Part shown: piece after piece, positions 23,426 to 24,000 of the stretch | How positions within the stretch are numbered: position 1 is the stretch's first letter | How the letters are laid out: each line of letters opens with the position of its first letter | DNA from: Natronorarus salvus | GTDB lineage: Archaea; Halobacteriota; Halobacteria; Halobacteriales; Halalkalicoccaceae | DNA length: 24,000 nt | Direction: 5' to 3' | NCBI RefSeq assembly: GCF_036429475.1 | Contig: NZ_CP144125.1 | Span: 2,783,521-2,807,520 of the forward strand | Position numbers and translations under genes: made by a program | Notes under the pieces: model-generated | Databases searched by the model: none | The model's input: only the letters and a program-made list of their open reading frames with translations | What the model was told of the DNA's origin: nothing

Positions 23426-24000
23426 ATGCGCGTCGTCACCCTCTTACCGTCGGCGACGGAAATCGTCTGTGCGCTCGGACTCGATCCCGTCGGCGTCTCC
23501 CACGAGTGCGACCACCCAGACCGGGTGCGTGACCTCCCGGCGGTCAACCGCTCCCACGTCGATCCAGGTGCAGAAAGCGCGACGATCGACGAACAGGTCG
23601 TCAGCGCCAAGCGCGAGCACGGGGGCGTCTACGAGATCGACCTGGAGACGCTCTCGGTGCTCGACCCCGACCTGATCGTCACGCAGGGTATCTGTGACGT
23701 CTGTGCGGTCGACTCGGTGCTCGTCGAGCGGGCGGTCGAGCGACTCGGCCTCGACTGTCGGGTGCTCACGACCGACCCCCACAGCGTCGGGGACGTTCTG
23801 GCGGACGTCGAACGGATCGGCGACGCCCTCGACCGGCCCGACCGGGCAGGGGGCCTCGTCGCGGGGCTTCGGTCACGGATCGAGCGGGTCAGGGGACGAA
23901 CGAGGGACGTCGAGGAGCGACCCAGAGCGGTCGTGCTGGACTGGCTCTCGCCGCCGATGGTCGCCGGCCACTGGATACCGGAGATGGTCGAGTGGGCCGG
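23426..24000 (+). CDS. BtuF/TroA-like periplasmic-binding-protein-fold cobalamin/siderophore-type binding protein lacking a signal peptide (3' end outside the window)
   Basis: Not in the track because there is no stop codon before the window ends. My hand translation from ATG 23426 gives MRVVTLLPSATEIVCALGLDPVGVSHECDHPDRVRDLPAV...LDPDLIVTQGICDVCAV...PRAVVLDWLSPPMVAGHWIPEMVEWA. This is the typical PF01497-type pattern, and no Tat/Sec signal is present. Confidence 0.8.
   Translation, partial: MRVVTLLPSATEIVCALGLDPVGVSHECDHPDRVRDLPAVNRSHVDPGAESATIDEQVVSAKREHGGVYEIDLETLSVLDPDLIVTQGICDVCAVDSVLVERAVERLGLDCRVLTTDPHSVGDVLADVERIGDALDRPDRAGGLVAGLRSRIERVRGRTRDVEERPRAVVLDWLSPPMVAGHWIPEMVEWA

Overview
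This is a high-GC archaeal chromosome segment. Acidic proteins, Tat/lipobox signal peptides, dodecin, GTP cyclohydrolase III, Elp3, a PAC2 chaperone and TATA-like boxes 25-31 nt upstream of start codons all point to a haloarchaeon (class Halobacteria). Hand counts give 40/60 G+C for 1001-1060 and 48/120 for 301-420.

I call 33 protein genes and one tRNA-Thr(UGU). Most are ordinary core functions:
- PAC2 proteasome-assembly chaperone, MscS channel, universal stress protein
- a Tat-lipoprotein family-5 solute-binding protein followed by a PAP2-like membrane protein
- dodecin, MutY-like glycosylase, FMN reductase
- HisH, thymidine kinase, Yip1-like membrane protein, SAM methyltransferase
- S1/OB/DHH RecJ-like protein, Elp3, DUF4013-like membrane protein
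- CPBP protease plus GNAT, uridine kinase, GTP cyclohydrolase III, CBS-pair/Zn-ribbon protein, another GNAT
- a small wHTH protein and a signal-less BtuF-like binding protein that runs off the 3' edge

Many long ORFs in the supplied track are antisense or off-frame artefacts of GC-rich coding DNA. Several true genes start at internal codons of longer track ORFs.

I see no CRISPR array, transposase, integrase or recognisable multi-gene defence system, and I cannot support a claim of a novel system here. Four places deserve a second look:
1. The low-GC left edge (1-900), which carries a solo AbrB/SpoVT antitoxin-like gene with no recognisable toxin.
2. A strong orphan TATA box with an untranslated stretch of about 230 nt (or a small ORF) ahead of the BtuF-like gene, beside a double-NotI GC hairpin.
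3. Two oversized non-coding gaps (3138-3544 and 16839-17172).
4. The RecJ-like protein, whose DHH catalytic motifs look degenerate.
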